A DNA stretch of 64,000 nt, taken from contig CAYNRA010000006.1 in assembly GCA_964399465.1 (NCBI GenBank), positions 1,060 to 65,059 on the forward strand. The letters run 5' to 3'. Positions 55,339 to 64,000 of the stretch are shown here, one piece after another. This stretch comes from an uncultured Cytophagales bacterium. Its GTDB lineage: Bacteria > Bacteroidota > Bacteroidia > Cytophagales > Spirosomataceae. The notes under the pieces were generated by a model. It was given only the letters and a program-made list of their open reading frames with translations. It had not been told where the DNA came from and searched no databases. Position numbers and translations under genes: made by a program. Positions within the stretch are counted from its first letter, which is position 1, and each line of letters starts with the position of its first letter.

Positions 55339-57603
55339 ATGAAAAGTAAAATCTTTTGGAAATTAATATGTTCCCTGTTAATTCCATTCGGTGTTTTTTC
55401 ACAAATTTCAATTTCTTTCCCAACGGAAAGAGCTGTTTTTCAAAGAAACCAAAACAACAAAGGATTTATTCAAATTTCGGGGAGTTATCAGCCCATTTTA
55501 ACACGTGTTGAAGCACGCGTCATTCCAATAAATGGTGGGCAAGAAACTCCTTGGACTACGATTTCTACAAACCCTACAGGAGGTAATTTTATTGGTAAAC
55601 TCGAGGTAACAGGTGGTTGGTACCGACTAGAGGTTCGTGGATTATTCAACGAACGAGTGGAAGGAATAACAACAATTAATCGTGTTGGGGTCGGGGAAGT
55701 TTTTCTTATCTCAGGACAATCCAATGCGAGGGGCGTCATTGGTGAAACGGCTCATCCTATCAATCAAGATGATAGGGTGTCTTGTATCACTAACTTCTTC
55801 GCAAACGACACAGATACTCCTCCATTCCCCACTTTTGCACAATTGAAAGATGAAAATACTTTCTATGCTCCAGAAGGTTATGGGTCTTGGTATTGGGGGG
55901 AACTTGGTGCAAAATTAGCTACTCGATTAAACGTACCTATTCTATTTATCAATACAGCTTGGGAAGGTTTAGCTATTGATGCTTGGAGGGAAAGTTTATT
56001 GGGGGGGACTGCTCCCAACCCCTTCTCTGGGTTGAGAGCAAAACCTGGATATCCCTATAATTCAACACGTTACGCACTAAACTATTACCATCACCTCCTT
56101 GGTATCAGAGCTATCCTTTGGTCACAAGGAGAGTCGGACACTTTCATTAATAAATCTGCTCAGGAGTATGCCAACGATTTAAAATTGGTCATTAGCGAAA
56201 CAAGAAAATCAAGTGCAAAAAACATAGCTTGGGTAGTTTCAAGAACATCAAAAGTAGGCAATAGAACATCTCCTGATGTAATTCAAGGACAAAATATAAC
56301 CATTTCTACAACTCAAAATGTATTTCCTGGACCGAATCTAGACCAAATAGAAGATAGATACGACGGGACACATTTCAACACTGTCGGACTAAATAAAGCT
56401 GCTGACGAATGGAGTATTTTTCTTAATGACGCTTTTTTTAATTCTTCAATACCTTTTGTTGGTACTGGCTTCATTGAACCAACAATCAAATGTTCTATAG
56501 AATCTGACGTTCCAATTCAAATAACATTAAATACCGATAAAAAAAATATAAATTGGTCAAATGGTCTCAAAGATGCCACTATATTCATCAAGAGTGGTCA
56601 ACTTCAAGCACAAGTAGTTGACACAAACAAAAATGTTTCCTACAGCCCTATTCTTTTTTTCGATCAGAATACGATTCCTCAAAAACCACAGATATCAGTA
56701 ATTGGCTCAAGTATACTTTGTGAGGGAGAAACAACAACTTTAAGATCAAATTACTCAATTAATAATGTGTGGACAAGTGGTGCAATTACTCCACAAATCG
56801 TAGTAAGCAAAACGACTACCGAACGCGTTTCATATACAAATAGCTATGGATGTACGGTACAATCCGATGCTGTTACCATCTTGGTAAACCCGAAACCCGA
56901 ACCACAGGTATCCATTGTTGGTAAGCCCGTTAGCTGCTCTAATGAAGATGTATTCTTGGAATCAAATCTATCTGAGGGGATTCGATGGAGTAATGGAGAA
57001 ACCTTATCCAAAATAAAAATTAACCAAACAGGTAGTTACACCTTGCAAGCTACCAATGAATTTGGATGTACTGTAACAACTCCGTCAATATCTATCTTCA
57101 TCGGTGATACGCCTGGGAAACCAACTATTGAAAAAAGCACACCTTTTACATTGCAAGCGGTTTCACTTCAATCCAACTCAACTATCGAATGGTTATCAAA
57201 CAATGGGGTTCTTACTGGACAAAATGCCAGACAGTTGAAAATTTCACAACCGGCGGAATATACAGCAAAAGCAAGTAGAACGTATCTTGTAAATTCAAAT
57301 CCACTCATTTGTATTTCAGAAATATCCAATGCAATTCAAATTACTGACGAGGATATTGCGCGCTATTTAGTCGTTTTTCCTATTCCTGTTACGAGTACGA
57401 GCTTCTCTGTAGAAATTGTTGAACCACAAAAAAACATCCAAGCACTTCTTTATTCACCATTAGGTCAATTAATACGTACCTATCAAGTAGCGGACTTTGC
57501 CTCCTTGAAAAGTTTCTCTGTTGTAGGAGTTCCCAAAGGAGAATATTTTCTTCAAATAAAAAATCAAAACATTGACATTACAAAAAGGATTTTAATAGAA
57601 TAA
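55339..57603 (+). CDS. secreted SASA/DUF303-type carbohydrate esterase with Cys-containing Ig-like repeats and a T9SS C-terminal sorting domain
   Basis: 754 aa. Signal peptide; esterase motifs FLISGQSNARG, WSQGESD and DGTHFN. Repeated modules contain (C)..GCTV. The last 80 aa or so (YLVVFPIPVTS..GEYFLQIKNQN..RILIE) look like a type-A Por sorting domain. Confidence 0.8.
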   Translation: MKSKIFWKLICSLLIPFGVFSQISISFPTERAVFQRNQNNKGFIQISGSYQPILTRVEARVIPINGGQETPWTTISTNPTGGNFIGKLEVTGGWYRLEVRGLFNERVEGITTINRVGVGEVFLISGQSNARGVIGETAHPINQDDRVSCITNFFANDTDTPPFPTFAQLKDENTFYAPEGYGSWYWGELGAKLATRLNVPILFINTAWEGLAIDAWRESLLGGTAPNPFSGLRAKPGYPYNSTRYALNYYHHLLGIRAILWSQGESDTFINKSAQEYANDLKLVISETRKSSAKNIAWVVSRTSKVGNRTSPDVIQGQNITISTTQNVFPGPNLDQIEDRYDGTHFNTVGLNKAADEWSIFLNDAFFNSSIPFVGTGFIEPTIKCSIESDVPIQITLNTDKKNINWSNGLKDATIFIKSGQLQAQVVDTNKNVSYSPILFFDQNTIPQKPQISVIGSSILCEGETTTLRSNYSINNVWTSGAITPQIVVSKTTTERVSYTNSYGCTVQSDAVTILVNPKPEPQVSIVGKPVSCSNEDVFLESNLSEGIRWSNGETLSKIKINQTGSYTLQATNEFGCTVTTPSISIFIGDTPGKPTIEKSTPFTLQAVSLQSNSTIEWLSNNGVLTGQNARQLKISQPAEYTAKASRTYLVNSNPLICISEISNAIQITDEDIARYLVVFPIPVTSTSFSVEIVEPQKNIQALLYSPLGQLIRTYQVADFASLKSFSVVGVPKGEYFLQIKNQNIDITKRILIE

Positions 57604-57634
57604 TTGGCAAATGAGCACTTATTAACTATTTTTG
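57604..57634 (+). promoter_or_regulatory. candidate Bacteroidota sigma-A promoter of the nuo operon
   Basis: A -33-like TTG at 57604-57606, a 20-nt spacer, then -7 TATTTTTG (TAnnTTTG) at 57627-57634, 18 nt before the nuoA ATG. Confidence 0.45.
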
Positions 57635-57652
57635 AGTAAATTTTAACACCCA

Positions 57653-58030
57653 ATGAAAGAACACTTACCTTCAGACTACCTACCGATATTAGTTCAATTA
57701 GGCGCTGCAATTGGATTCATCATTTTTTCTATGTCTTTAACCCACCTTTTAGGTCCTAAACTAAAAGGAAATCAAAAAGATGAACCATTCGAGTGCGGTA
57801 TTGAATCTCAGGGTGATGCACGAACCCCAATTTCTGTTCGCTATTTCCTAATCGCTATTTTGTTTGTTTTATTCGATGTAGAAATTATCTTCATGTACCC
57901 TTGGGCTGTCAACTTTATGAAATTAGGATGGTTTGGTTTTATGGAAATGATTGTCTTTGTAGCGCTTCTTATGGCTGGTTTCTACTATGTTATCCGTAAA
58001 GGGGTTTTGGATTGGGAACGTCAAGACTAA
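57653..58030 (+). CDS. nuoA: NADH-quinone oxidoreductase subunit A
   Basis: 125 aa with 3 TM segments. Motifs EPFECGIES and FDVEIIFMYPW. Confidence 0.95.
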   Translation: MKEHLPSDYLPILVQLGAAIGFIIFSMSLTHLLGPKLKGNQKDEPFECGIESQGDARTPISVRYFLIAILFVLFDVEIIFMYPWAVNFMKLGWFGFMEMIVFVALLMAGFYYVIRKGVLDWERQD

Positions 58031-58042
58031 TTTCTGAAACAT

Positions 58043-58054
58043 CACACACACACA
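58043..58054. repeat. (CA)6 dinucleotide microsatellite in the nuoA-nuoB spacer
   Basis: CACACACACACA read directly from the sequence. Confidence 0.9.
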
Positions 58055-58079
58055 ATTGGTTAAAAAAAGAAAAAAGGTT

Positions 58080-58628
58080 ATGAGTAATATACAAATGGTA
58101 AATGCACCAGATGGTCACGAAGGCCCTGGTTTTTTTGCGACCTCTCTAGACGCCGTTATCGGGTTAGCACGTAGTAACTCTCTCTGGCCTCTCCCCTTTG
58201 CCACATCTTGCTGTGGAATTGAATTCATGGCAACAATGGGCGCACACTATGACATTTCTCGCTTTGGCTCTGAGAGACCAAGTTTCTCTCCACGCCAAGC
58301 AGACCTTCTTATGGTTATGGGTACAATTGCTAAGAAAATGGCTCCCGTTGTTAAACAAGTGTATCTACAAATGGCAGAACCTCGTTGGGTAATTGCTGTA
58401 GGAGCTTGTGCTTCTAGCGGCGGGATATTTGACACATACTCTGTACTTCAAGGAATTGACCGCGTAATCCCTGTTGATGTATACGTACCAGGCTGCCCTC
58501 CAAGACCAGAACAAATTTTAGATGGTCTCATTCAAGTAAGAGAAATCGCTCGCAACGAATCACTTCGCCGCCGCGACTCAGAAGAATACAAAGCACTTCT
58601 TGCCTCGTATCAAATCCATACATCCTAA
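58080..58628 (+). CDS. nuoB: NADH-quinone oxidoreductase subunit B
   Basis: ATG at 58080; the ORF-track start at 58056 is TTG. Cluster N2 ligand motifs CCGIEFMA, GACASSGGIFD and VPGCPPRPE. Confidence 0.95.
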   Translation: MSNIQMVNAPDGHEGPGFFATSLDAVIGLARSNSLWPLPFATSCCGIEFMATMGAHYDISRFGSERPSFSPRQADLLMVMGTIAKKMAPVVKQVYLQMAEPRWVIAVGACASSGGIFDTYSVLQGIDRVIPVDVYVPGCPPRPEQILDGLIQVREIARNESLRRRDSEEYKALLASYQIHTS

Positions 58629-58648
58629 CCTTTTACAATAAACTACCT

Positions 58649-59146
58649 ATGACAAACCAAGATTTGGTAAATGATATTGTAGAACATTTTGGAGAAAATG
58701 TTTTTGACTTTTCCGAACCAAACGGAATGCTCACTTTCACAACAAAACGTGAAAATATCATTGATATCCTTACATACTTATACACAAGTCCCGTTCTGAA
58801 ATTTAATTTCATTACAGACATAACAGGTATTCACATCCCTGACAATAAGGGTGCTGAGTTCGGTGTAGTCTATCATCTTCATAGTTTCGAAAATGGTATT
58901 CGTACTCGTGTCAAAGTGTTTTTGTCAGAAAATGACCTCAACATTCCAACTGCCGTAAACCTATACGCAGGAGCAAATTGGATGGAAAGAGAAACCTTCG
59001 ATTTCTATGGAATCAACTTCGTCGGACATCCAAATCTGAAAAGAATCTTAAATATTGACGAGATGGACTACTTCCCGATGAGGAAGGAATATCCACTCGA
59101 AGATGCTACCCGTGAAGATAAAATTGACGCCCTTTTTGGTAGATAA
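58649..59146 (+). CDS. nuoC: NADH-quinone oxidoreductase subunit C
   Basis: 165 aa. Motifs WMERETFDFYGINFVGHPNLKRIL and FPMRKEYPL. Confidence 0.95.
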   Translation: MTNQDLVNDIVEHFGENVFDFSEPNGMLTFTTKRENIIDILTYLYTSPVLKFNFITDITGIHIPDNKGAEFGVVYHLHSFENGIRTRVKVFLSENDLNIPTAVNLYAGANWMERETFDFYGINFVGHPNLKRILNIDEMDYFPMRKEYPLEDATREDKIDALFGR

Positions 59147-59204
59147 ATGCATCAACAAATAAGGAGAAGAACAACGTAATCCAAAAGGATAAAAAACTGG
59201 AAAA

Positions 59205-60446
59205 ATGACACAGAATCTTCCAAATATAGCAAAAAATACCTCGGACGCATTGGCAATGAATACGCCAATTATCGAGGACAGGGAGTTAACAACTCTTAAT
59301 CTTGGCCCTACTCACCCTGCAACACACGGAATTTTCCAAAACGTTTTGCAAATGGATGGAGATCGTATTGTTTCGGGTGAACAAACGGTCGGGTATATTC
59401 ACAGAGCGTTTGAAAAAATTGCTGAAAGAAGACCATTCTATCAGATTACGACACTTACTGACCGAATGAACTACTGTTCTTCGCCAATCAATAATTTTGG
59501 CTGGCATATGACAGTAGAAAAACTTCTAGGAATTGAAGTTCCCAAAAGAGCACAATACATTCGTGTTATCATGATGGAACTCGCACGTATATCAGACCAT
59601 ATCATCTGTAATTCAATTCTTGGTGTGGATACAGGCGCTTACTCCGGGTTTTTATATGTATTTCAAGAAAGAGAAAAAATCTATGAAATATACGAAGAAG
59701 TATGTGGTGCTCGTCTAACTACAAACATGGGTAGAATTGGCGGAATGGAACGTGACTTATCCCCTACAGCTATTGCTAAAATTAAGGATTTGGTTTACAA
59801 TTCACTTCCAAAGGTCTTAAAGGAATTTGAAGAACTTTTCAATAGAAATAGAATCTTCATGGATCGTACTGTCAATGTGGGGCCAATCACAGCAAAAAGA
59901 GCTATGGAGTACGGTTTCACAGGTCCAAATTTGCGTGCGGCCGGTGTTGACTACGACGTGCGTGTCATGGAACCTTATTCTTCCTATGAAGACTTTGAGT
60001 TTGATATTCCTGTCGGACACAACGGCGATACTTACGACCGTTTCATGGTTCGCGGAATGGAGATGTGGGAAAGTATTAAAATTATTCGTCAAGCGATAGA
60101 AAATCTACCAGAAGGACCTTATTACGCGAACGAAGACCATTACTATTTGCCTCCAAAAAAAGATGTTTACTCCAACATGGAAGCACTCATTTATCACTTT
60201 AAGATTGTGATGGGTGAAATAGATGCGCCAGCTGGTGAAGTCTATCACGCAGTAGAAGGAGGTAACGGAGAAATCGGGTATTATCTGGTGAGTGACGGAG
60301 GAAGAACACCTTTCCGTTTGCACTTCAGAAGACCATGTTTCATTTATTACCAAGCATACTCTGAAATGTGTCAAGGATTAACTATCTCAGATGCCGTTGC
60401 TATCATGAGTAGTTTGAACGTAATCGCTGGAGAATTAGACGCTTAA
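59205..60446 (+). CDS. nuoD: NADH-quinone oxidoreductase subunit D
   Basis: 413 aa. Motifs LNLGPTHPATHG, HRAFEKIAE and the C-terminal SLNVIAGELD. Confidence 0.97.
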   Translation: MTQNLPNIAKNTSDALAMNTPIIEDRELTTLNLGPTHPATHGIFQNVLQMDGDRIVSGEQTVGYIHRAFEKIAERRPFYQITTLTDRMNYCSSPINNFGWHMTVEKLLGIEVPKRAQYIRVIMMELARISDHIICNSILGVDTGAYSGFLYVFQEREKIYEIYEEVCGARLTTNMGRIGGMERDLSPTAIAKIKDLVYNSLPKVLKEFEELFNRNRIFMDRTVNVGPITAKRAMEYGFTGPNLRAAGVDYDVRVMEPYSSYEDFEFDIPVGHNGDTYDRFMVRGMEMWESIKIIRQAIENLPEGPYYANEDHYYLPPKKDVYSNMEALIYHFKIVMGEIDAPAGEVYHAVEGGNGEIGYYLVSDGGRTPFRLHFRRPCFIYYQAYSEMCQGLTISDAVAIMSSLNVIAGELDA

Positions 60447-60477
60447 AAATTAAAAAAGATTCATTTAATTATATATA

Positions 60478-60975
60478 ATGATGACTGAACTTGAAACAAT
60501 TTCCTTCTCTCCTGCTCGTCTTGAAGAAGTGAAGGAAATCATACATAGATACCCTGAAGGAAAACAAAAATCGGCTTTATTGCCTATCTTACATCTTGTT
60601 CAAGAAGATTTTGGTTGGGTTAGTAGCCAAGCAATGGACTATGTAGCTGGTTTACTACAAATTGAACCTGTAGAAGTATACGAAGTAGCTACTTTCTACA
60701 CTATGTTCCACTTGGAACCCGTTGGAAAACATGTCATTGAATACTGTAGAACGGGACCTTGTTGTACGATGGGTGGTGAAGAAGTATATGACCACCTTCA
60801 GAAAAAACTAAATATTCGTACAGGAGAAACGACGCAAGATGGTAAGTTTACCCTGAAACAAGTTGAATGTCTAGCTGCTTGCGGTTGGGGACCCTGTTTC
60901 CAAATTCGCGAGAAATTCTACCTTCATTTGACAAATGAAAAAGTAGATGAAATTATTGAAGAACTAAGCAAATAA
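60478..60975 (+). CDS. nuoE: NADH-quinone oxidoreductase subunit E
   Basis: 165 aa. 2Fe-2S ligands in CRTGPCC and ECLAACGWGPC. Confidence 0.95.
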   Translation: MMTELETISFSPARLEEVKEIIHRYPEGKQKSALLPILHLVQEDFGWVSSQAMDYVAGLLQIEPVEVYEVATFYTMFHLEPVGKHVIEYCRTGPCCTMGGEEVYDHLQKKLNIRTGETTQDGKFTLKQVECLAACGWGPCFQIREKFYLHLTNEKVDEIIEELSK

Positions 60976-61035
60976 ATTCTTCATACAAAGTTCAAAATCA
61001 AAGTTTTACAAGGATAAAACGAAGCTAAAGTCAAC

Positions 61036-62385
61036 ATGGCAAATACGACTAAAATATTAACACAACATATTGGACAAGAAGGCATCGAAACCTTTGAAGT
61101 CTATCGCAAGCTAGGCGGATACAATGCTGTAGAAAAGGCATTAAAAAAAATGACTCCTGATGAGATAGTCGAAGAAGTGAAAAAATCAGGCGTTAGAGGC
61201 CGTGGCGGTGCTGGTTTCCCGATGGGTATGAAATGGAGTTTCCTTGCAAAACCAGAGGGTGTTCCAAGATATCTTGTCTGCAATGCAGATGAATCAGAAC
61301 CTGGAACATTTAAAGACCATTACTTGATGAAAAACATTCCCCACCTTTTAATCGAGGGAATGATTGTATCAAGTTTTGCATTGGGTGCGAATACGTCTTT
61401 CATCTATGTACGTGGTGAACTTATGTACGTCATCCGGATTCTCGAAAAAGCGATTGCAGAAGCAAAAGCAAATGGACTTTTGGGTAAAAATATATTAGGA
61501 ACAGGGTATGATCTTGAAATTGTAGTTCAACCAGGTGGTGGTGCCTACATTTGTGGAGAAGAAACTGCCCTACTAGAATCATTAGAAGGAAAAAGAGGAA
61601 ACCCAAGAAACAAGCCACCATTCCCTGCCGTAAAAGGTCTGTATCAATGCCCTACCGTAGTTAACAACGTAGAATCCATTGCTACAACACCTTGGATTGT
61701 CAATAATGGAGGAGATGCTTATGCAGCTGTTGGAGTTGGAAGAAGTACTGGTACAAAGCTAATTTCTGCCTCAGGACATATCAAAAATCCAGGTGTTTAC
61801 GAAATTGAGCTAGGTCTTCCGGTTGAAGAATTTATCTATTCAGACGAATATTTAGGTGGAATTCGGGCCGGACACCAGCTCAAAGCAGTCGTTGCTGGTG
61901 GTTCGTCTGTGCCTATTTTACCTGCACATTTAATACTTAAAACAGCCAACGGTGAACCGCGTGTCATGTCGTACGAAGGACTTTCAGACGGTGGTTTTGC
62001 TACAGGAACCATGCTTGGCTCCGGAGGTTTCATAGCTATGGACGAAACGACATGTATTGTTCGAAATACATGGAATTTTGCCAAATTCTATGCACACGAA
62101 TCATGTGGTCAATGCTCGCCATGTAGAGAAGGTACAGGCTGGATGGCAAAAGTATTGGAACGAATAGAAACAGGAAAAGGAACTCCACAAGATATAGATT
62201 TACTTGTTGACGTCGCTAAGAAAATCGAAGGAAATACCATTTGCCCACTCGGAGATGCAGCAGCATGGCCAGTAGCAAGTGCTATCAGACATTTTAGAGA
62301 CGAGTTTGAATGGCATATTTCTCACCCATTAGAAGCAACTAGACCAGGTGCTGTCTACCATGGAAATATGTCAGTTATATCATAA
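61036..62385 (+). CDS. nuoF: NADH-quinone oxidoreductase subunit F
   Basis: 449 aa. FMN/NADH site GRGGAGFPMGMKW and 4Fe-4S motif ESCGQCSPCREG. Confidence 0.97.
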   Translation: MANTTKILTQHIGQEGIETFEVYRKLGGYNAVEKALKKMTPDEIVEEVKKSGVRGRGGAGFPMGMKWSFLAKPEGVPRYLVCNADESEPGTFKDHYLMKNIPHLLIEGMIVSSFALGANTSFIYVRGELMYVIRILEKAIAEAKANGLLGKNILGTGYDLEIVVQPGGGAYICGEETALLESLEGKRGNPRNKPPFPAVKGLYQCPTVVNNVESIATTPWIVNNGGDAYAAVGVGRSTGTKLISASGHIKNPGVYEIELGLPVEEFIYSDEYLGGIRAGHQLKAVVAGGSSVPILPAHLILKTANGEPRVMSYEGLSDGGFATGTMLGSGGFIAMDETTCIVRNTWNFAKFYAHESCGQCSPCREGTGWMAKVLERIETGKGTPQDIDLLVDVAKKIEGNTICPLGDAAAWPVASAIRHFRDEFEWHISHPLEATRPGAVYHGNMSVIS

Positions 62386-62402
62386 TTTGAAAGATAAAAA
62401 TC

Positions 62403-63491
62403 ATGGAAAATACATCCCCTCAACTACATAAAGTAACCATTGACGGAAAGACAATAGAGGTTCCAGCAGGAACAACTATCTTACAGGCAGCCCGACAAAT
62501 CGGACCTGAAGTCGCTCCTCCGGCTATGTGTTACTACGAACCACTCAAAGGAACTGGCGGAAAATGCCGTGCTTGTTTGGTAAAGGTAGCCCAAGGTTCT
62601 GAAAGAGACCCAAGACCCATGCCTAAATTGGTGGCATCTTGTATAACGCCAATCCAAGATGGAATGGTAGTCGAAAATTATACGAATCCTGATGTAGTCG
62701 AAGCGCGAAAAGGGGTCGTAGAATTTCTATTAGCTAACCACCCGCTCGATTGCCCAGTGTGCGACCAAGCTGGTGAATGCCATCTACAAGATTTCTCCTT
62801 TGAACACGGAACTGGGGCTACTCGTTACCAAGAAGAACGTAGAACATTTGAGAAAGAAGATATCGGCCCATACGTTCAACTACACATGAACCGCTGTATT
62901 TTATGTTATAGATGTGTATATACCGCAGATCAATTAACAGAAAAGAGAGTACATGGTGTCATGCACAGAGGTGACCACGCGGAAATCAGTACGTACATTG
63001 GTCAAGCCATAGACAATGACTTTTCTGGTAACGTCATAGACGTATGTCCGGTTGGTGCATTAACAGATAAGACTTATCGTTTCAAAAACAGAGTTTGGTT
63101 CACAAAACCAGTAGATGCACATTGTGATTGTGAAAAATGCAGTGGAAAAGTACAGTTATGGTACAAAGGCGACGAAGTAATCCGGGTTACTGCGCGTAAG
63201 AACCAATGGGGAGAAGTAGAAAGCTTCATTTGCAATACGTGTCGATTCGAAAAGAAAAAAACAAGCGATTGGACAATCGAAGGGCCTTCGAAAATTGTTC
63301 GTCATTCTGTCATTTCAGCTAATAAATACGCGGCAAATACAATCAAAAAACCTGAATTTGCGGTTAAGTTAGCGGAGAGTCAGTTCAAAAAAATAGACGA
63401 TAGCAGACCTTATTTGAACAAGTTAGAAGACATCAAAGCATCGGAAGATTATCAAGGACTTATGGAGAAAAACCAGAAGTTTCTTAAATAA
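62403..63491 (+). CDS. nuoG: NADH-quinone oxidoreductase subunit G, short form (Fe-S N-terminal part only)
   Basis: 362 aa. 2Fe-2S CYYE..CRAC, His-ligated 4Fe-4S HPLDCPVCDQAGEC, and 4Fe-4S CILCYRCV. There is no molybdopterin-like domain. Confidence 0.9.
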   Translation: MENTSPQLHKVTIDGKTIEVPAGTTILQAARQIGPEVAPPAMCYYEPLKGTGGKCRACLVKVAQGSERDPRPMPKLVASCITPIQDGMVVENYTNPDVVEARKGVVEFLLANHPLDCPVCDQAGECHLQDFSFEHGTGATRYQEERRTFEKEDIGPYVQLHMNRCILCYRCVYTADQLTEKRVHGVMHRGDHAEISTYIGQAIDNDFSGNVIDVCPVGALTDKTYRFKNRVWFTKPVDAHCDCEKCSGKVQLWYKGDEVIRVTARKNQWGEVESFICNTCRFEKKKTSDWTIEGPSKIVRHSVISANKYAANTIKKPEFAVKLAESQFKKIDDSRPYLNKLEDIKASEDYQGLMEKNQKFLK

Positions 63492-63502
63492 TCACTGGAA
63501 AC

Positions 63503-63530
63503 TTGCCTATTCACAGAAAAGAATAGGCAA
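63503..63530 (+). other. intra-operon hairpin between nuoG and nuoH
   Basis: Perfect 10-bp stem TTGCCTATTC / GAATAGGCAA with loop ACAGAAAA. No clean U-tract follows. Confidence 0.5.
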
Positions 63531-63613
63531 TAAATTTTGTATCCGTCATTAAACAGAATCGTTCATTCAAAAAAGTTCAAACGAGGTTTTGAAAGAGCGT
63601 ATATTAAAAAACA

Positions 63614-64000
63614 ATGGAAACAGTATTCTTAGTAAAGACCGTCATCATTATTGCTGTATTTGCGATTTCTTTGGGAATTGCCGCTTACGAAACGTATTTT
63701 GAGCGTAAAATCGCAGCATTTATTCAAGATAGAATTGGCCCTGATTACGCAGGACCTTTCGGATTATTACAACCGTTAGCAGATGCGGGTAAATTATTTT
63801 TTAAAGAAGAATTTATCCCCGCAAAAGCAGATAAGTTTTTATTCATCTTAGGCCCAAGTTTAGCCATGCTTACAGCACTGATGACAAGTGCGGTAATTCC
63901 GTTTGGTGATACATTGAAAATTGCAGGTGAAATAATTCAAGTGCAAGGAATCGAGGTCAACATCGGGATTCTCTGGGTATTCGGCGTGGTTTCATTAGGA
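63614..64000 (+). CDS. nuoH: NADH-quinone oxidoreductase subunit H (3' end truncated by the window)
   Basis: My own translation from the ATG at 63614 gives METVFLVKTVIIIAVFAISLGIAAYETYFERKIAAFIQDRIGPDYAGPFGLLQPLADAGKLFFKEE... The frame stays open to 64000. It is absent from the ORF track because it runs off the end. Confidence 0.9.
   Translation, partial: METVFLVKTVIIIAVFAISLGIAAYETYFERKIAAFIQDRIGPDYAGPFGLLQPLADAGKLFFKEEFIPAKADKFLFILGPSLAMLTALMTSAVIPFGDTLKIAGEIIQVQGIEVNIGILWVFGVVSLG

Noticed and set aside
62403-63491. NuoG is only 362 aa and lacks the molybdopterin-like C-terminal domain, so it might be a truncated pseudogene.
   Set aside because: The ORF is intact with all N-terminal Fe-S motifs and a clean stop. 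To my knowledge short NuoG forms are the norm in Bacteroidota complex I operons, so it is not a pseudogene.

Overview
This 64-kb window looks like core chromosome from a low-GC Bacteroidota genome. The phylum call rests on a SusC/SusD pair, a T9SS C-terminal sorting domain, TAnnTTTG-type -7 promoter motifs and A-rich leaders lacking Shine-Dalgarno sequences. The proteins look Cytophagia/Flavobacteriia-like, but I cannot name the genus. I call 55 protein-coding genes and nearly all are housekeeping. On the minus strand (2-22402) these include a DUF58 protein, an RlpA-like protein, pth, pyrR, an acyltransferase-3/GT4 pair, groES-groEL, secG, the miaB / sigma-54 activator / lptE-like cluster, a lipoprotein Omp85 (TamL-like), aguB and an Ldh_2 oxidoreductase. 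A plus-strand block at 1655-5735 holds a PUR-like DUF3276 protein, PspC, a hypothetical protein, a saccharopine dehydrogenase and a DUF1338/HglS-like protein. From 22525 onward genes are mostly plus-strand: a DUF4139 protein, a GNAT, a Kv-type K+ channel (minus), a NUDIX hydrolase, parC, an alpha-glucan utilisation locus (AraC-type regulator, SusC, SusD, SusE/F-like, two GH13 enzymes), a TrmH methyltransferase, yidC, a TPR+PBP1 protein, hemL, a GT2, an MsbA-like ABC exporter, an ACC-deaminase-family enzyme (minus), rluD, an SSAT-like acetyltransferase, a TPR protein, adk, obg, a T9SS-secreted SASA-type esterase and nuoA-nuoH (nuoH is cut by the window end). I found no rRNA, tRNA, CRISPR array, transposase, integrase, phage gene or recognisable defence gene. 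Several rho-independent terminators are clear. I do not see a compelling novel multi-gene system. The best candidate for something undescribed is the regulator heading the starch locus: two periplasmic CBM48/AMPK-beta-like glycogen-binding modules, 7 TM helices and a cytoplasmic AraC HTH, with matching repeat architecture in the susC promoter. Secondary candidates are a saccharopine-DH/HglS lysine-catabolism pair behind a 257-bp leader, a triple direct-repeat element upstream of groES, ATGAnTAA translational coupling of miaB, the sigma-54 activator and lptE, an LpoA-like TPR+PBP1 protein, and a 36-bp perfect palindrome centred on the pspC stop codon. All functional calls come from motif recognition by eye. 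No database search was run.
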